A stretch of 64,000 nt of DNA. Source: Schmidtea polychroa. Taxonomy: Eukaryota. Location: the NCBI GenBank assembly GCA_044892525.1, contig CM097885.1, positions 8,806,001-8,870,000 of the forward strand, in the 5' to 3' direction. Positions 1 through 13,468 of the stretch are shown in pieces (position 1 is the stretch's first letter; every line of letters starts with the position of its first letter). Below the pieces are notes generated by a model, which was not told where the DNA came from, made no database searches, and saw only the letters and a program-made list of their open reading frames with translations. Both the position numbers and the translations under genes were made by a program.

Positions 1-2290
1 AAAATTTATTAACAAAAAGTTGAAGGTGTTTGAGAATTGAAATTTTTTAATGAAAATTTTTATGGAATAATTTTTTAAGTAATTTTTAATGGAAATTTTT
101 ATGAAATAACTTTTTAAGTTAATTTTTAATGGAAATTTTTATGAAATATTTTTCAATGATAATTTTAGATTGAAATTTTTAAGATAATTTTTAATGAAAA
201 TTTTTATGAAATATTTTTCAAAGACAAATTTTAATAATAATTCAACAACAAACCAACAACTTAGTACCAACAACCAGTAACGTACGAACATGTATTAACA
301 ACCAGATACCTACAACTAGTTACTAACAACTAGATACCAAGTACCTACAACTACCTACCCATTAACTAGCAACCAAGTACTAACAACCAGGTCTCAAACA
401 ACTAGATACTAACAAACAGTTACCAAGTACCTACAACCACCTAGCCATTAACTAGCTACAACCACCTACCCATTAACTAGCTACCAAGTACTAACAACCA
501 GGCCTCAAATAACTAAATACTAACAACCAAAAACATGCAACCAACTTGCTACCAAGTACTAACAACCAACAACAACCAGGTACTAAGCATTAATTACCAA
601 CTACTAAGTACCTACAACCTACAACTAGATACCAAGTACTATCAACCAAAAACAACCAACCAACTAGGTACTAGATACCAAGTACTCACAACCGACAACA
701 ACCAAGTACTAAGCATTATTAACCAACTACTAAGTACCTACAACCTACAACTAGATACCAAGTACTATCAACCAAAAACAACCAACCAACTAGGTACTAG
801 ATACCAAGTACTCACAACCGACAACAACCAAGTACTAAGCATTATTAACCAACTACTAAGTACCTACAACTAGATACTAACAACCAAAAACAACCAACCA
901 ACTAGGTACTAGATACCAAGTACTAACAACCTACAACAACTAGGTACTAAGCATTATCAACCAAGTACCTAAAACCACCTAACAAGTACATACAACCAAC
1001 ATCAACCAAGTACTAAGCATTAATTACCACCTACCCATTAACTAGCTACCAAGTACTAACAACCAGGTCTCAAACAACTAAATACTAACAACCAGTTACC
1101 AACTACTAAGTAGCTACAACCAACTAGTTACCTGATACCAAGTACTTACAACTAAATACTAACAACCAGTTACCTGATACCTAGTACTTACAACCAACAA
1201 CAACCAAGTACTAAGCATTATCAACCAACTAAATACTAAACACTAACAACCAACCAACTAGGTACTAGATAGCAAGTACTTACAACCAACATCAACCAGA
1301 TACCTACAACTAGATACTAACAACCAGTTACCTGCTACCAAGTACTTACAACTAGATACCACGTACTAACTAACTCTCAACCCCACCTACCCATTAACTA
1401 GCTACTAAGTACTAACAACCAGCTAACAACTAGATACCAAGTACTTACAACCAACATCAACCAGGTACTAAGCATTATCAACCAACTAAATACTAAGTAC
1501 TAACAACCAACCAACTAGGTACTAGATACCAAGTACTTACAACCAACATCAACAAGGTACTAAGCATTATCAACCAACTACTAAGTACCTACAACCAACT
1601 AGCTACCACCTACCAAGTACTAACAACCAGTTACCTGATACCAAGTACTAACAACCTACAACAATTAGCTAACAACTAACTACCACCTACCAAGTACCTA
1701 CAACTAGATACTAACAACCAGTTACCCATTAACTAGCTACAACCAGCACTCAACTAGCTACCAACTACTAAGTACCTACAACCAACTAGCTACCACCTAC
1801 CAAGTACTAACAACCAGTTACCAACTACTAAGCATTAATATCCTACAACTAGTTACTAACAACTAGATACCAAGTACATACAACCAGACACTAAGCATTA
1901 TCAACCAAGTACTAACAACCAAGTAACTTGCCTAGTACTAAGCACTGTCAACTAGATACCAAACACTTACAACCAGATGACCACATGAAATTATTGGTTA
2001 AATATGAAAATAAGGATTATATTTAGTTGTTAAGTAAATTATGGTGTAAAATTAAGAAATAAAGAATAATTAGGTAAATTAAGGATAAGTAAATTAAAGT
2101 TAAAAATTTTAAATTAAAGAAAACAATGGTTCAAAATTTAAAATTAAGTATCCAATGGTTCAAATTTTAAATTAAAGCTAAATAAGTAAATTAAAGTAAG
2201 ATTTTTAAATTTATTATCAAAAGATTGAATAACCACCAACTTTTTTGAGAAATGTAATTTATAATGAGAATTTAAATGGAAATTTTAATG

Positions 2291-2351
<61 letters not shown>

Positions 2352-4411
2352 TCAACAGTTCCCAACAATCGGTTACTAAATATTTTTAACTAGATGCTAA
2401 CAAATAAATACCAAATACTTTCAACATGATCCCACATACTAACTAACTAACTCTCAAACAACCAAGTAAAAACAATCAAGTACCAACAATCAACTAAATA
2501 TTCTTTATTGTATTTTATGAATTGTATTTTTTATACAGCTTCTATAATAATTTTAATTACAATCAGTAGAAAAACCTTTTCAAAATGTCTAAATTTAACA
2601 AAAATGTTGATTTTCATCAAAAAACCACAGCTCAATCACTTTAAAACACCACGTGAAATTCAAAATAATTTAAATTACAATGAAAGACTAATGAATTCTA
2701 ATTTACAAAACATTCTTCTTTTAAATGATAACTACTGACTTATTATTGCAATGTAAAAATCGCATTCAATAAATACTTATTGTTGATCAGTTTTATTATA
2801 TATACTCTGAGTTTATCCGACAGGATGTTTTGACCCCCTAAGGGTACAGGTCGTAAGGGTACTGGTCGTAAGGGTATTAGTCGTAAGGGTACTGGTCGTA
2901 AAGGTACTAGTCGTAGGGGTATTGATCACTCTCAATCCCCACCTACTCATTAATTAGCTACCATGTACTAACCACTAGGTTTCAAACAACTAAATACTAA
3001 ACACTTACAACCATGTACTAACAAACACCATCAAAACCCATCGAGAAATTAACAAATATCAACCTACAACTAGATACTTACAACCAGATACCTGCTACCA
3101 AGTACCAACAATCAACTAACCACACATAAAAATAATAGCAATTAAATACAAAATATTCTTCATCACATACAATATCTTCTTATCAAAATCTAAAAAGTCA
3201 ATCAGATACCAACTACCAAGTACCAAGTACTAACAACCAACTACCTAGAACCAACAACTATGTACTAACAAATTGATCTTTAAAAGAAAAATACTCATCA
3301 CTTGAAAAATTAGATGGAAAATTAATTGAACTCAAGGCATCAATAACTAGGTAAAAATTGATTAAATTATTGTAAAAATTTAAAATATTCGAAATAAATA
3401 TCATAAAAATTTAATTAATGGTCAGGAAAAAATTCTAGTCATCAAGTAAATAAAAAAAATATTGATCATTCAAGTTGAATCAACTAAGATAATAAATTAA
3501 TAAGATAAGATCTAGTAGATAATTGATTTAGATTGAATAAATTAATTGAAATAAAATTAATTTTAAGTATTTTTTTAAAAGTAATACATGTACTCAAATT
3601 GATTGACTGATTTCTCAATATATTCAAAAAAAAATCAGTATAAATTCATTACAATTATCAAAGTCAGCAATCTACAATAAAAATAATTATCATAAAATTC
3701 CAAAAGAGACTGATAACTAATGATAACATCTAATAAACCAGTAAATTTATTTAAATGACAATAATTGGTATATCCTAGTGAATTCTCCAATTTCTCATTT
3801 CCTCCCAAATATATCAATATGTAAAGATTGGTATTGTAATGATAAATACTTGTTAAAGATCATATATTCACCTCAAACTAACAAGATTCCTTAAAATCCC
3901 TTAAATGACTATATTTCTATCCTTAATTCATATTATTACAAATATTTCACTAAAATCATCTAAAAAGCATCAAATTTCATTGAAATAACTCTATCTTTTA
4001 AGATTGATATTTTAATGATAAGTACTTGTTAAAGATCATATATTCCCCTCAGACTAATAAGGTTGCTTAAACTCCCCTTTAAATGACTATAATTCTAACT
4101 TTAATTCCTATTATCATACATGTTTCACTATTGATAAAACCAGTTATAATTAAATTTTTGTTAATCACTGTAAATTTTTGTAAATCACTGTACTTGAAAT
4201 TTAAAATAAATATAACTGACTAGGTCCCATTGAAAGATTAAATTTATCCATTCAATAAAATATATTTCTTCAAATGGTCAACTTTTGTCGTTGTCCGTCT
4301 AAATAAAGATAAAATTAATTTAAAGTTGATATCAATCCCATTTATCTGTAAAGTTTTCATCGTCAAAACCAAGTAAATCGATCATTATCCCTACTTAATA
4401 GAACATTGTTC
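1..4411 (+). repeat. Long non-coding dispersed repeat containing an AC-rich satellite-like block (about 241-1980); left end runs off the window
   Basis: Reverse-complement homologue at 53392-57170, e.g. pseudo-ORF 2508-2738(+) matches 55524-55769(-) and 4281-4411 matches 53392-53520. Partial diverged copy at 51520-52610. Confidence 0.85.
2840..2925 (+). repeat. 15-bp tandem repeat (agggtactggtcgta)n
   Basis: About 5 units visible; inverted homologues at 55185-55280 and 55345-55420. Confidence 0.9.
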
Positions 4412-4539
4412 TAAAACATAAATCTAAATTAATATACAATGAATTAATCACAAACTAATAAAACAATATAATTATTATTGATACATAACTGACTAATTGA
4501 CATTTCCCTTAAAACAATGATATTTTACCAACATCACCA

Positions 4540-4850
4540 TTAAAAAAATCATATATTCCCATCTTAACCCATGTCTCATTAAATTTAACCGACTATATTC
4601 CCATCTTAACCAATCCTTCATTAAATACAATCGACTATATCTCCCTTACAATGATATATTCCTACCTTATCCGATCTCTCATTAAATTCAATCGACTATA
4701 TCTCCCTTACAATGATCTATTTCCATCTTAACCCATCCTTCATTAAATCTAACCGACTATATCTCCCTTAAAAGATCATATATTCCGATCTTAACCGATC
4801 TCTCATTAAATCTCACCGACAATATCCCATCTTAACCGATCTCTCAGCAA
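4540..4850 (+). repeat. Degenerate tandem repeat (ttaaat..aaccgactatat..cccatcttaacc)
   Basis: Recurring cgactatat and cccatcttaacc words. Confidence 0.7.
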
Positions 4851-5543
4851 ATATTTCTACCCTTTTAAACATCTATCCGATTATATCCCTTATTTTCCCT
4901 AAAGATTCCACCCACTTGAGCCCTTTAATATATATCAATCCTCTTAAAATCCTCAGAGAACTTCAAAAATCTGACTTTTAATTAATTGTTATAGGAACCA
5001 GACAAATAATAAGAGCCCACTAAAAGATCAAAATTCAATAAATTTTCTACAAATATTTACCATCAAATACTGGAGATGATATATATTGTTTGATCATAAT
5101 TCTTCAGCTATTCAACCAATCATTTTCAAGCAATAACAGCAAACTAAATTTAACGTCCTTGATAAAGTTAACTGGTTTCTTAGCTTATGTTTTTAAAGAT
5201 CATCAATGTGTAAATATTCTTAGAAAATTATTGAAAAAAATTATCTAGTCAAATATATTACAAAGTTATCATCAAAAATTTATTCTATCACTTAATTATA
5301 CCTAATTGTCAATGAAATTAATTTTTATTTAAAAACTATTCAATAAAATACAACTAATTATCAAGAAATTAATTAAATTTATCAATTAAATTTATCACCA
5401 TTAAAACTTTTAATCAGTCAACCTGAAATTCTTAGAAAATTATTCAATATCCTCATAAAAATTTATCCTACCACTTGATTATTGTACAAACTCTAATTAT
5501 TAACCTCATTAAAAATAATTTTTATTTAAAATTAAAAATACAA

Positions 5544-6859
5544 CTAGTTGTAAGTACTTGGTAGCAGGTAACTGGTTGTTAGTATCTAGTTGTAGGTATC
5601 TGGTTGATGTTGGTTGTAAGTACTTGCTATCTAGTACCTAGTTGGTTGGTTGTTAGTGTTTAGTATTTAGTTGGTTGATAATGCTTAGTACTTGGTTGTT
5701 GTTGGTTGTAAGTACTAGGTATCAGGTAACTGGTTGTTAGTATTTAGTTGTAAGTACTTGGTATCAGGTAACTAGTTGGTTGTAGCTACTTAGTAGTTGG
5801 TAACTGGTTGTTAGTATTTAGTTGTTTGAGACCTGGTTGTTAGTACTTGGTAGCTAGTTAATGGGTAGGTGGTAATTAATGCTTAGTACTTGGTTGATGT
5901 TGGTTGTATGTACTTGTTAGGTGGTTTTAGGTACTTGGTTGATAATGCTTAGTACCTAGTTGTTGTAGGTTGTTAGTACTTGGTATCTAGTACCTAGTTG
6001 GTTGGTTGTTTTTGGTTGTTAGTATCTAGTTGTAGGTACTTAGTAGTTGGTTAATAATGCTTAGTACTTGGTTGTTGTCGGTTGTGAGTACTTGGTATCT
6101 AGTACCTAGTTGGTTGGTTGTTTTTGGTTGATAGTACTTGGTATCTAGTTGTAGGTTGTAGGTACTTAGTAGTTGGTTAATAATGCTTAGTACTTGGTTG
6201 TTGTCGGTTGTGAGTACTTGGTATCTAGTACCTAGTTGGTTGGTTGTTTTTGGTTGATAGTACTTGGTATCTAGTTGTAGGTTGTAGGTACTTAGTAGTT
6301 GGTAATTAATGCTTAGTACCTGGTTGTTGTTGGTTGTTAGTACTTGGTACCTAGTTGGTTGCATGTTTTTGGTTGTTAGTATTTAGTTATTTGAGGCCTG
6401 GTTGTTAGTACTTGGTAGCTAGTTAATGGGTAGGTGGTTGTAGCTAGTTAATGGCTAGGTGGTTGTAGGTACTTGGTAACTGTTTGTTAGTATCTAGTTG
6501 TTTGAGACCTGGTTGTTAGTACTTGGTAGCTAGTTAATGGGTAGGTGGTTGTAGGTACTTGGTATCTAGTTGTTAGTAACTAGTTGTAGGTATCTGGTTG
6601 TTAATACATGTTCGTAAGTTACTGGTTGTTGGTACTAAGTTGTTGGTTTGTTGTTGAATTATTATTAAAATTTGTCTTTGAAAAATATTTCATAAAAATT
6701 TTCATTAAAAATTATCTTAAAAATTTCAATCTAAAATTATCATTGAAAAATATTTCATAAAAATTTCCATTAAAAATTAACTTAAAAAGTTATTCCATAA
6801 AAATTTTCATTAAAAAATTTCAATTCTCAAACACCTTCAACTTTTTGTTAATAAATTTT
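5544..6859 (-). repeat. Near-perfect inverted copy of 1-1355 (foldback arm)
   Basis: 5544 ctagttgtaagtacttggtagcagg is the reverse complement of 1331-1355, and 6820-6859 is the reverse complement of 1-40. Pseudo-ORFs 535-873(+) and 6026-6364(-) differ by one residue. Confidence 0.95.
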
Positions 6860-6989
6860 AAAATCTTACTTTAATTTACTTATTACATTACTTTAATTTA
6901 CTTATTTAAAAATTATTACTTTAATTTACTTTAATTTACTTATTTAAAAATTATTACTTTAATTTACTTATTTAACTTTAATTTAAATT

Positions 6990-8690
6990 TTTACCATTGA
7001 TTACTTAATTTAAAAATTTTGACCTTAATTTACTTTATTTTAATTTTTTAGAACCTTAATTTACTGTAATTTAATTTTTTGACCCATAATTTACTGTATT
7101 TGAAAAATTTGGACCATTATTTACTTTAATTTAATTTTTAAGAACTTAAATTTACTTTAATTTAAAAATTTGGACCATTATTTACTTTAATTCAATTTTT
7201 AGAACCATAATTTACTTTAATTTAAATTTTTGGACCATAATTTACTGTAATTAAAAAATTTTGGCCATAATTTACTGTAATTCAAAATTATTGACCATAA
7301 TTTACTGTAATTCAAAAATTTGGACCATAATTAACTGTAATTTAATTTACTGTAATTTAATTTTTTAGGACCATAATTTACTTTTAATTTAATTTTTAGA
7401 ACCATAATTTACTTTAATTTAATTTTTAGACCCAAAATTTACTGTAATTCAAAAATTTAGACCCATAATTTACTTTTAATTTAATTTTTAGAACCATAAT
7501 TTACTTTAATTTAATTTTTAGACCCAAAATTTACTGTAATTCAAAAATTTTGACCATAATTTACTTTAATTGAAAAATTTGGACCATAATTTACTGTAAT
7601 TTAATTTTTTAGGACCATAATTTACTGTAATTGAAAAATCTGGACCATTATTTACTGTAATTTAATTTTTTAGACCCATAATTTACTGTTATTCAAAAAT
7701 TTGAGCCATAATTTACTGTAATTTAATTTTTAGAACGATTATTTACTGTAATTTAATATTTTAGAACCATTATTTACTGTAATTTAATTTTTAGAACCAT
7801 AATTTACTGTAATTTAATTTTTTAGGACCATAATTTACTGTATTTGAAAAATTTGGACCATAATTTACTGTAATTTAAATTTTTAGGACCATTATTTACT
7901 TTAATTTAATTTTTAAGAACTTAAATTTACTTTAATTTAAAAATTTGGACCATTATTTACTTTAATTCAATTTTTAGAACCATAATTTACTTTAATTTAA
8001 ATTTTTGGACCATAATTTACTGTAATTAAAAAATTTTGGCCATAATTTACTGTAATTCAAAATTATTGACCATAATTTACTGTAATTCAAAAATTTGGGC
8101 CATAATTAACTGTAATTTAATTTACTGTAATTTAATTTTTTAGGACCATAATTTACTTTTAATTTAATTTTTAGAACCATAATTTACTTTAATTTAATTT
8201 TTAGACCCAAAATTTACTGTAATTCAAAAATTTAGACCCATAATTTACTTTTAATTTAATTTTTAGAACCATAATTTACTTTAATTTAATTTTTAGACCC
8301 AAAATTTACTGTAATTCAAAAATTTTGACCATAATTTACTTTAATTGAAAAATTTGGACCATAATTTACTGTAATTTAATTTTTTAGGACCATAATTTAC
8401 TGTAATTGAAAAATCTGGACCATTATTTACTGTAATTTAATTTTTTAGACCCATAATTTACTGTAATTCAAAAATTTGAGCCATAATTTACTGTAATTTA
8501 ATTTTTAGAACGATTATTTACTGTAATTTAATATTTTAGAACCATTATTTACTGTAATTTAATTTTTAGAACCATAATTTACTGTAATTTAATTTTTTAG
8601 GACCATAATTTACTGTATTTGAAAAATTTGGACCATAATTTACTGTAATTTAAATTTTTAGGACCATTATTTACTTTAATTGAAAAAATT
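6990..8690. repeat. Tandem array of about 30-bp units (ccataatttactgtaatt...) with an approximately 775-bp higher-order duplication
   Basis: Dozens of units; the block starting at 7111 recurs at 7886. A shorter version lies at 57270-57700. Confidence 0.9.
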
Positions 8691-9201
8691 TACCACGTTT
8701 TTTAGTGTAGACCACCTTTTTCTCAGGACCAAGGAGACTCACCTCACTATAGTCTGAAAAATCCTTGGCTTTTTTAGTGTAGACCAGCTTTTTGTATTGA
8801 AAAAATCCTGAGACCTTAAATTACCATGCTTTTTTAGTGTAGACCAGCTTTTTGTATTGAAAAATTTTTTTTGTATTGAAAATCCCAGGACCAAGGAGAC
8901 CCACCTGAATTGACCTAGAAAAATCCATGCTTTTTTAGTGGTAGTCGGATTTTTGTATTGAAAATCCCAGGACCATCGAGACCCCCGCACTATAGTGTGA
9001 AAATTCCATGCTTTTTTAGTGGTAGTCGGATTTTTGTATTGAAAAAAATTTATTTGTATTGAAAATCCCAGGACCATCGAGACCCCCTCACTATAGTCTG
9101 AAAATTCCATGCTTTTTTATTGGTAGTCGGATTTTTGTATAGAAAAAATTTTATTTGTATTGAAAATCCCGGGACCATCGAGACCCCCTCACTATAGTGT
9201 G
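8690..9201. repeat. Subterminal repeats (about 70-100 bp) ending in CACTATAGTG; possible transposon terminus
   Basis: Repeated ccatgcttttttagtg...gtattgaaaatcccaggacc...gagaccccctcactatagt units. The homologue at 57700-57770 stops at ggaccaaggagac. Confidence 0.6.
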
Positions 9202-9421
9202 GAACAATTGCGTAATAAAAAGTTGCAACAAAAAAAAATCGTGCAACAACCCCCCCTTTATTATTATTATTATTTTTATTATTAATAAAAAATCCTATCA
9301 ACAGATAAATAATGTTGCGTGCCCACTGCAACACTATTACACAATAAAAATATAAAATTTCTAACAAAATTCTTTCAAAAGTTCTGTCATCAGGATCCAG
9401 ACGAATATCATCATTAACAAA

Positions 9422-9503
<82 letters not shown>

Positions 9504-9822
9504 AAAAAATCCTATCAACAGATAAATAATGTTGCATGCTCACTGCAACACTATTACACAATAAAAATATATTATTATAAAAATTCTTACAAAAGTTAAC
9601 ACTTGTGTGAAATAATAAAATTTTTATATATTTATACAAGCGTTTAACTGTTGTAAGAACCTTGAAAACTATCACCAGTTTTCAATAAAACGAAATAAAA
9701 CAATATAAAGACTATTTTTTTAAAAATATATTAAAACACAAATTAATCTGATAAAATGACATCGTCAATATCGATGCCGATTTCTCTAATAAAAATGTCT
9801 GAGTCTTCATCAAAATCGGGGC

Positions 9823-12220
9823 TCAAGCCACCAAAAAGCGGCCAATCTCTTCGAATATCTGACCAGGAATATCAGGATTATCAGGATCCGAGTCATCGTC
9901 AAAGTCTGGACTCAAGCCACCAAAAAGTGGTCCTACTTCAGAAAATATCTGACCATCATCAGTTTCGTCAAATCCTAAATAATGCCCATATGCCAGACTG
10001 GAATTAGGCCCCACCCATAGTCTCTTGTCATCGTTGTTCGACAAGGCTATTTTACTGTTCTTAAAAGTAAAGAGCTGGTGGTTACGAGTCCCTATTCTAG
10101 TTTGTGGCACCGTATATACTACGCTGTTGTTGTAGCAGTCTAAATAAGACTGGTGCCCTATCTCAGTATTACCAAGCTGAACTCCCTTAGCCCTAAGTGT
10201 TGCCTTATCTCCTAACAAACTATAACACTTAGGGCGCAAGAAAACCCACTCCTTATAACCAAGCCCTTTACTTTCGTCCTTAAATTTACCTATCACAGAA
10301 TCCAAACTCTTTGAATACAAAGGATGAGCAGGATCATAATTGCTGGTATCTAGAAGATTATCACGAATCATTGCCGGCAAAAGAGTGTCAAGCTTACAGT
10401 GCTTTATCTCTAAGAAAAAGCAGTCGGTGTCGCCGGCAACGATATTTATATCACAGTTAAACTCTAAACGATATTTTGCCAATTCTATATACTGTAACTG
10501 GTACATCCTCAGTTTAGACAGGTCTAGCACAGATTGGCCAATGTAGCTAGGCCTGTCTAAACATATAGAATCCTTATTTAGATGTGCAGCAATCAAGTCA
10601 TCAGCAATTTTGATTGATTTCTTGAAAGTCGGCTTTGAAGCATATACAGTCATCTTTTCAGCTGAATTGCATAGCCTCAAATTCATCCGTTTTTTAAGGT
10701 TTTCCACGGATTTCTCATACAGACTATTATTAAATAATTTATATAAATCTCTATGCAGCTCGCATGTAGAATTTGAGCGCAAATTAGTATTAGTCGATAT
10801 GTAATCTTTAAAAATGGGTGCATGTTTAAATTTAATTGCCCTATGTACATTTTTAATTACAGCCCCCAATTCTATATACAACTTGAGAAGTCGTCAATGA
10901 AGAACATGGTTCTTCTTCGGCCAATGCGTGAGCATCAGCTTCTCAACTTTCGAATCTGGCGGGCACATTTTTTCCAGAGCAATCGGAAAATCATTCAAAA
11001 AATCGTGCACACACTGAGGGATATCAATATCCACTTCCATTGTATATCCATATGGAAGATTTTCAATATCCTCATTCATACATTCATTCAAGACAGAATC
11101 AAGATCATCATACACCCATTCAAAGTCAGCATACGGAAGCTTTTGGCTTAAGGCCCAACCATACAAGTTATTTATGTCAATATACAAGAGTTCTGTGTCT
11201 TCAGAACTTACAACATAATGTTTGTTAACAAATGTTAACCCACCCCGTATCCCTCATTCATAGAAATTAAACATTTCCATGTCCTGCAGAAGTTCAATGG
11301 GTTCCGTTAATGTCATAAGCGCTGAGGCCCATGACATACCGGGAATGCCATAGAAATTAAGAGGCTCCAGATCATTGTAAGCAATGGCCTTTTCACGGAA
11401 TTGAGTAAAATAATCGTCAAATTAACGTCAAACCTTAGATTTTTTCTAGCCCCCTTAAAATCTATTTCTATTTCTGGTTCGTCATCTATATTGACTGAAC
11501 CATGTATTGACCCACCTATTTGCTTATTAATTTGGATATTTATTTCATCACCACCATTAACTTTAATAACTTTAGATCGTATACAAGAGTCTTGAATAAC
11601 AGCAGGCCGTTTATTATTGACATTTTTATTTACATTTTTATTTAGATTATTATTTACATTTTTAATTATATGTTCTTCGCTAATCGCATCATTATTTACA
11701 GTTTTAATTATATGTTCTGCGCTAATCGCATCATTATTTACAGTTTTATTTACAGTTTTATGTTCTGCGCTAATCGCATCATTATTTACAGTTTTATTTA
11801 CAGTTTTATTTACAGTTTTATTTACAGTTTTATGTTCTGCGCTAATCGCATCATTATTTACAGTTTTAGTTACAGTTTTATTTACAGTTTTATGTTCTGC
11901 GCTAATCGCATCATTATTTACAGTTTTATTTACTGTTTTATTTAAATTTTTATGTTCTGCGCTAATCGCATCATTATTTACATTTTTATTTGCATTTTTA
12001 TTTATCCGTTTAAAGAGAGTAAGTTTCTTTATAAAAAACTGATTAAGATGGTTACTATGGGTTTTGTAAAAATCAGTATATTTTATATGTTGGGAAGTCT
12101 GGCATGATGGACATAAATAGTATTTGAGTCCATAGAATTTATGGCCATAATATTTTTTCATTGTCTTATGACAAGATTTTGAATGTCCAGAAGCCTGGCA
12201 GTATCGTGGATATAATTTAC
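9823..12220 (-). pseudogene. Polinton family B protein-primed DNA polymerase, copy B1 (internally deleted, nonsense codons)
   Basis: Motifs YIDINNLYGWAL, KLFNNSLY, AGDTD, GKFKDE, LRPKCYS. In-frame TGA in FYE*GIRGG and VLH*RLL. The N-terminus (ORF 11313-12161) joins the pol region at about 11410, and the exonuclease part is missing. Confidence 0.93.
11620..12000 (-). repeat. Coding tandem repeat (NNDAISAEHKTVNKTV)n inside the B1 N-terminal region
   Basis: Six copies of gctaatcgcatcattattta plus 12-bp acagttttattt units. Confidence 0.9.
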
Positions 12221-12540
12221 CTAATAATGATAAATCCTTAAATATTATTTGAATATTTTTCTAAATATTTATTACCAATTGTTAGTAGTTAATCCGTTTT
12301 TATTATATAATAATTATAAAACGGATTAATTATTAACAATTAATAAAATTTGGTATATTATTATAAGATAATGTAGAATAAAAGGTTATTATTATTATTA
12401 TCATTATTATTATTATTATTATTATTAGAGATATATGTAGCTGCATGCTCACTGCAGACTACATTAAATGATGAAAAATATTATTATTAGAGATATATGT
12501 AGCTTCATGCTCACTGCAGACTACATTAAATGATGTAAAA

Positions 12541-12600
<60 letters not shown>

Positions 12601-12929
12601 GGGGGCCATCTGGATCAGGACTCCGCTGGACCACATACCCCATCACCCCCACTCTAGGGGAAATTTTTAAAATTATTTTCAAGGTCAAATTTTTTAATGT
12701 AAAGTTCATTTTTTTTTTTTTTTTTTAAATTTGAAATTTGAGAGTTCCCGACAAGAGATATTATTATTATTTGAAAATAAAGGTCTTTGAAACACAGGGA
12801 TTATTATTACATATATCCTAGTCTATCCGACAAAATATTCTGTCCCCTTATGGGTACTGCTCACAAAGGTACTGGTCATATTCCACATGTCGCAAGGGTA
12901 TTATTAAACAAATCAACATTGTATTTTTA

Positions 12930-12960
<31 letters not shown>

Positions 12961-13074
12961 TTATTTTATTTTTTTTTTATTTATTTTTTTTTCTAATATT
13001 TTAATTTTTATTTTTTATTTATTATTTATTTATATTTTTTATTTTTATTATTTATTTATATTTTTATTTTTATT

Positions 13075-13075
13075 A

Positions 13076-13163
<88 letters not shown>

Positions 13164-13177
13164 ATTATTATTATTAA

Positions 13178-13210
<33 letters not shown>

Positions 13211-13228
13211 CAATATTATTATTATTAA

Positions 13229-13271
<43 letters not shown>

Positions 13272-13300
13272 TTCATTATTATTATTATTATTATTAAGAT
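13075..13300. repeat. (AAT)n microsatellite; others at about 2293, 9424, 12541, 31560, 32890, 35140, 47375 and 55922
   Basis: Directly visible; explains the poly-N and poly-I ORFs. Confidence 0.97.
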
Positions 13301-13468
13301 TTACAAAATTATTATTAGTTTTCATAATAAATTAAGACATTAAAAGATATATTGAATCACAGATCAATTCGATAACAATACGTCATCTATATCAATATCA
13401 TTGGCATCATTGGCTTCATTGTCATCATCATTGAAATCTGGACTCATTCCGCTAAAAAGTGGACGAAT

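Noticed and set aside
535..873. 112-aa repetitive ORF and its mirror at 6026-6364
   Set aside because: Chance open frame in the AC-rich satellite; neighbouring units contain stops.
2508..2738. ORF also found at 55524-55769
   Set aside because: Similarity reflects the DNA repeat. It has a TTG start, and the third copy at about 52080-52380 is full of indels.
2805..2850. Hammerhead ribozyme in the recurring ctgagtttatccga motif
   Set aside because: Lacks the CUGANGA...GAAA core and the three-stem layout.
6990..8690. About 30-bp periodic array as a CRISPR
   Set aside because: No unique spacers, eukaryotic context and no cas genes; it is a simple minisatellite.
8739..9367. Minus-strand ORFs of 123 and 105 aa
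   Set aside because: They derive from the subterminal tandem repeats and have no protein features.
11617..12042. Hydrophobic repeat ORFs on the plus strand
   Set aside because: Antisense shadows of the coding tandem repeat in pPolB B1.
13056..13325. Poly-Asn and poly-Ile ORFs (also 12521, 31434, 32828, 33826, 35110)
   Set aside because: Translations of (AAT)n or other low-complexity DNA.
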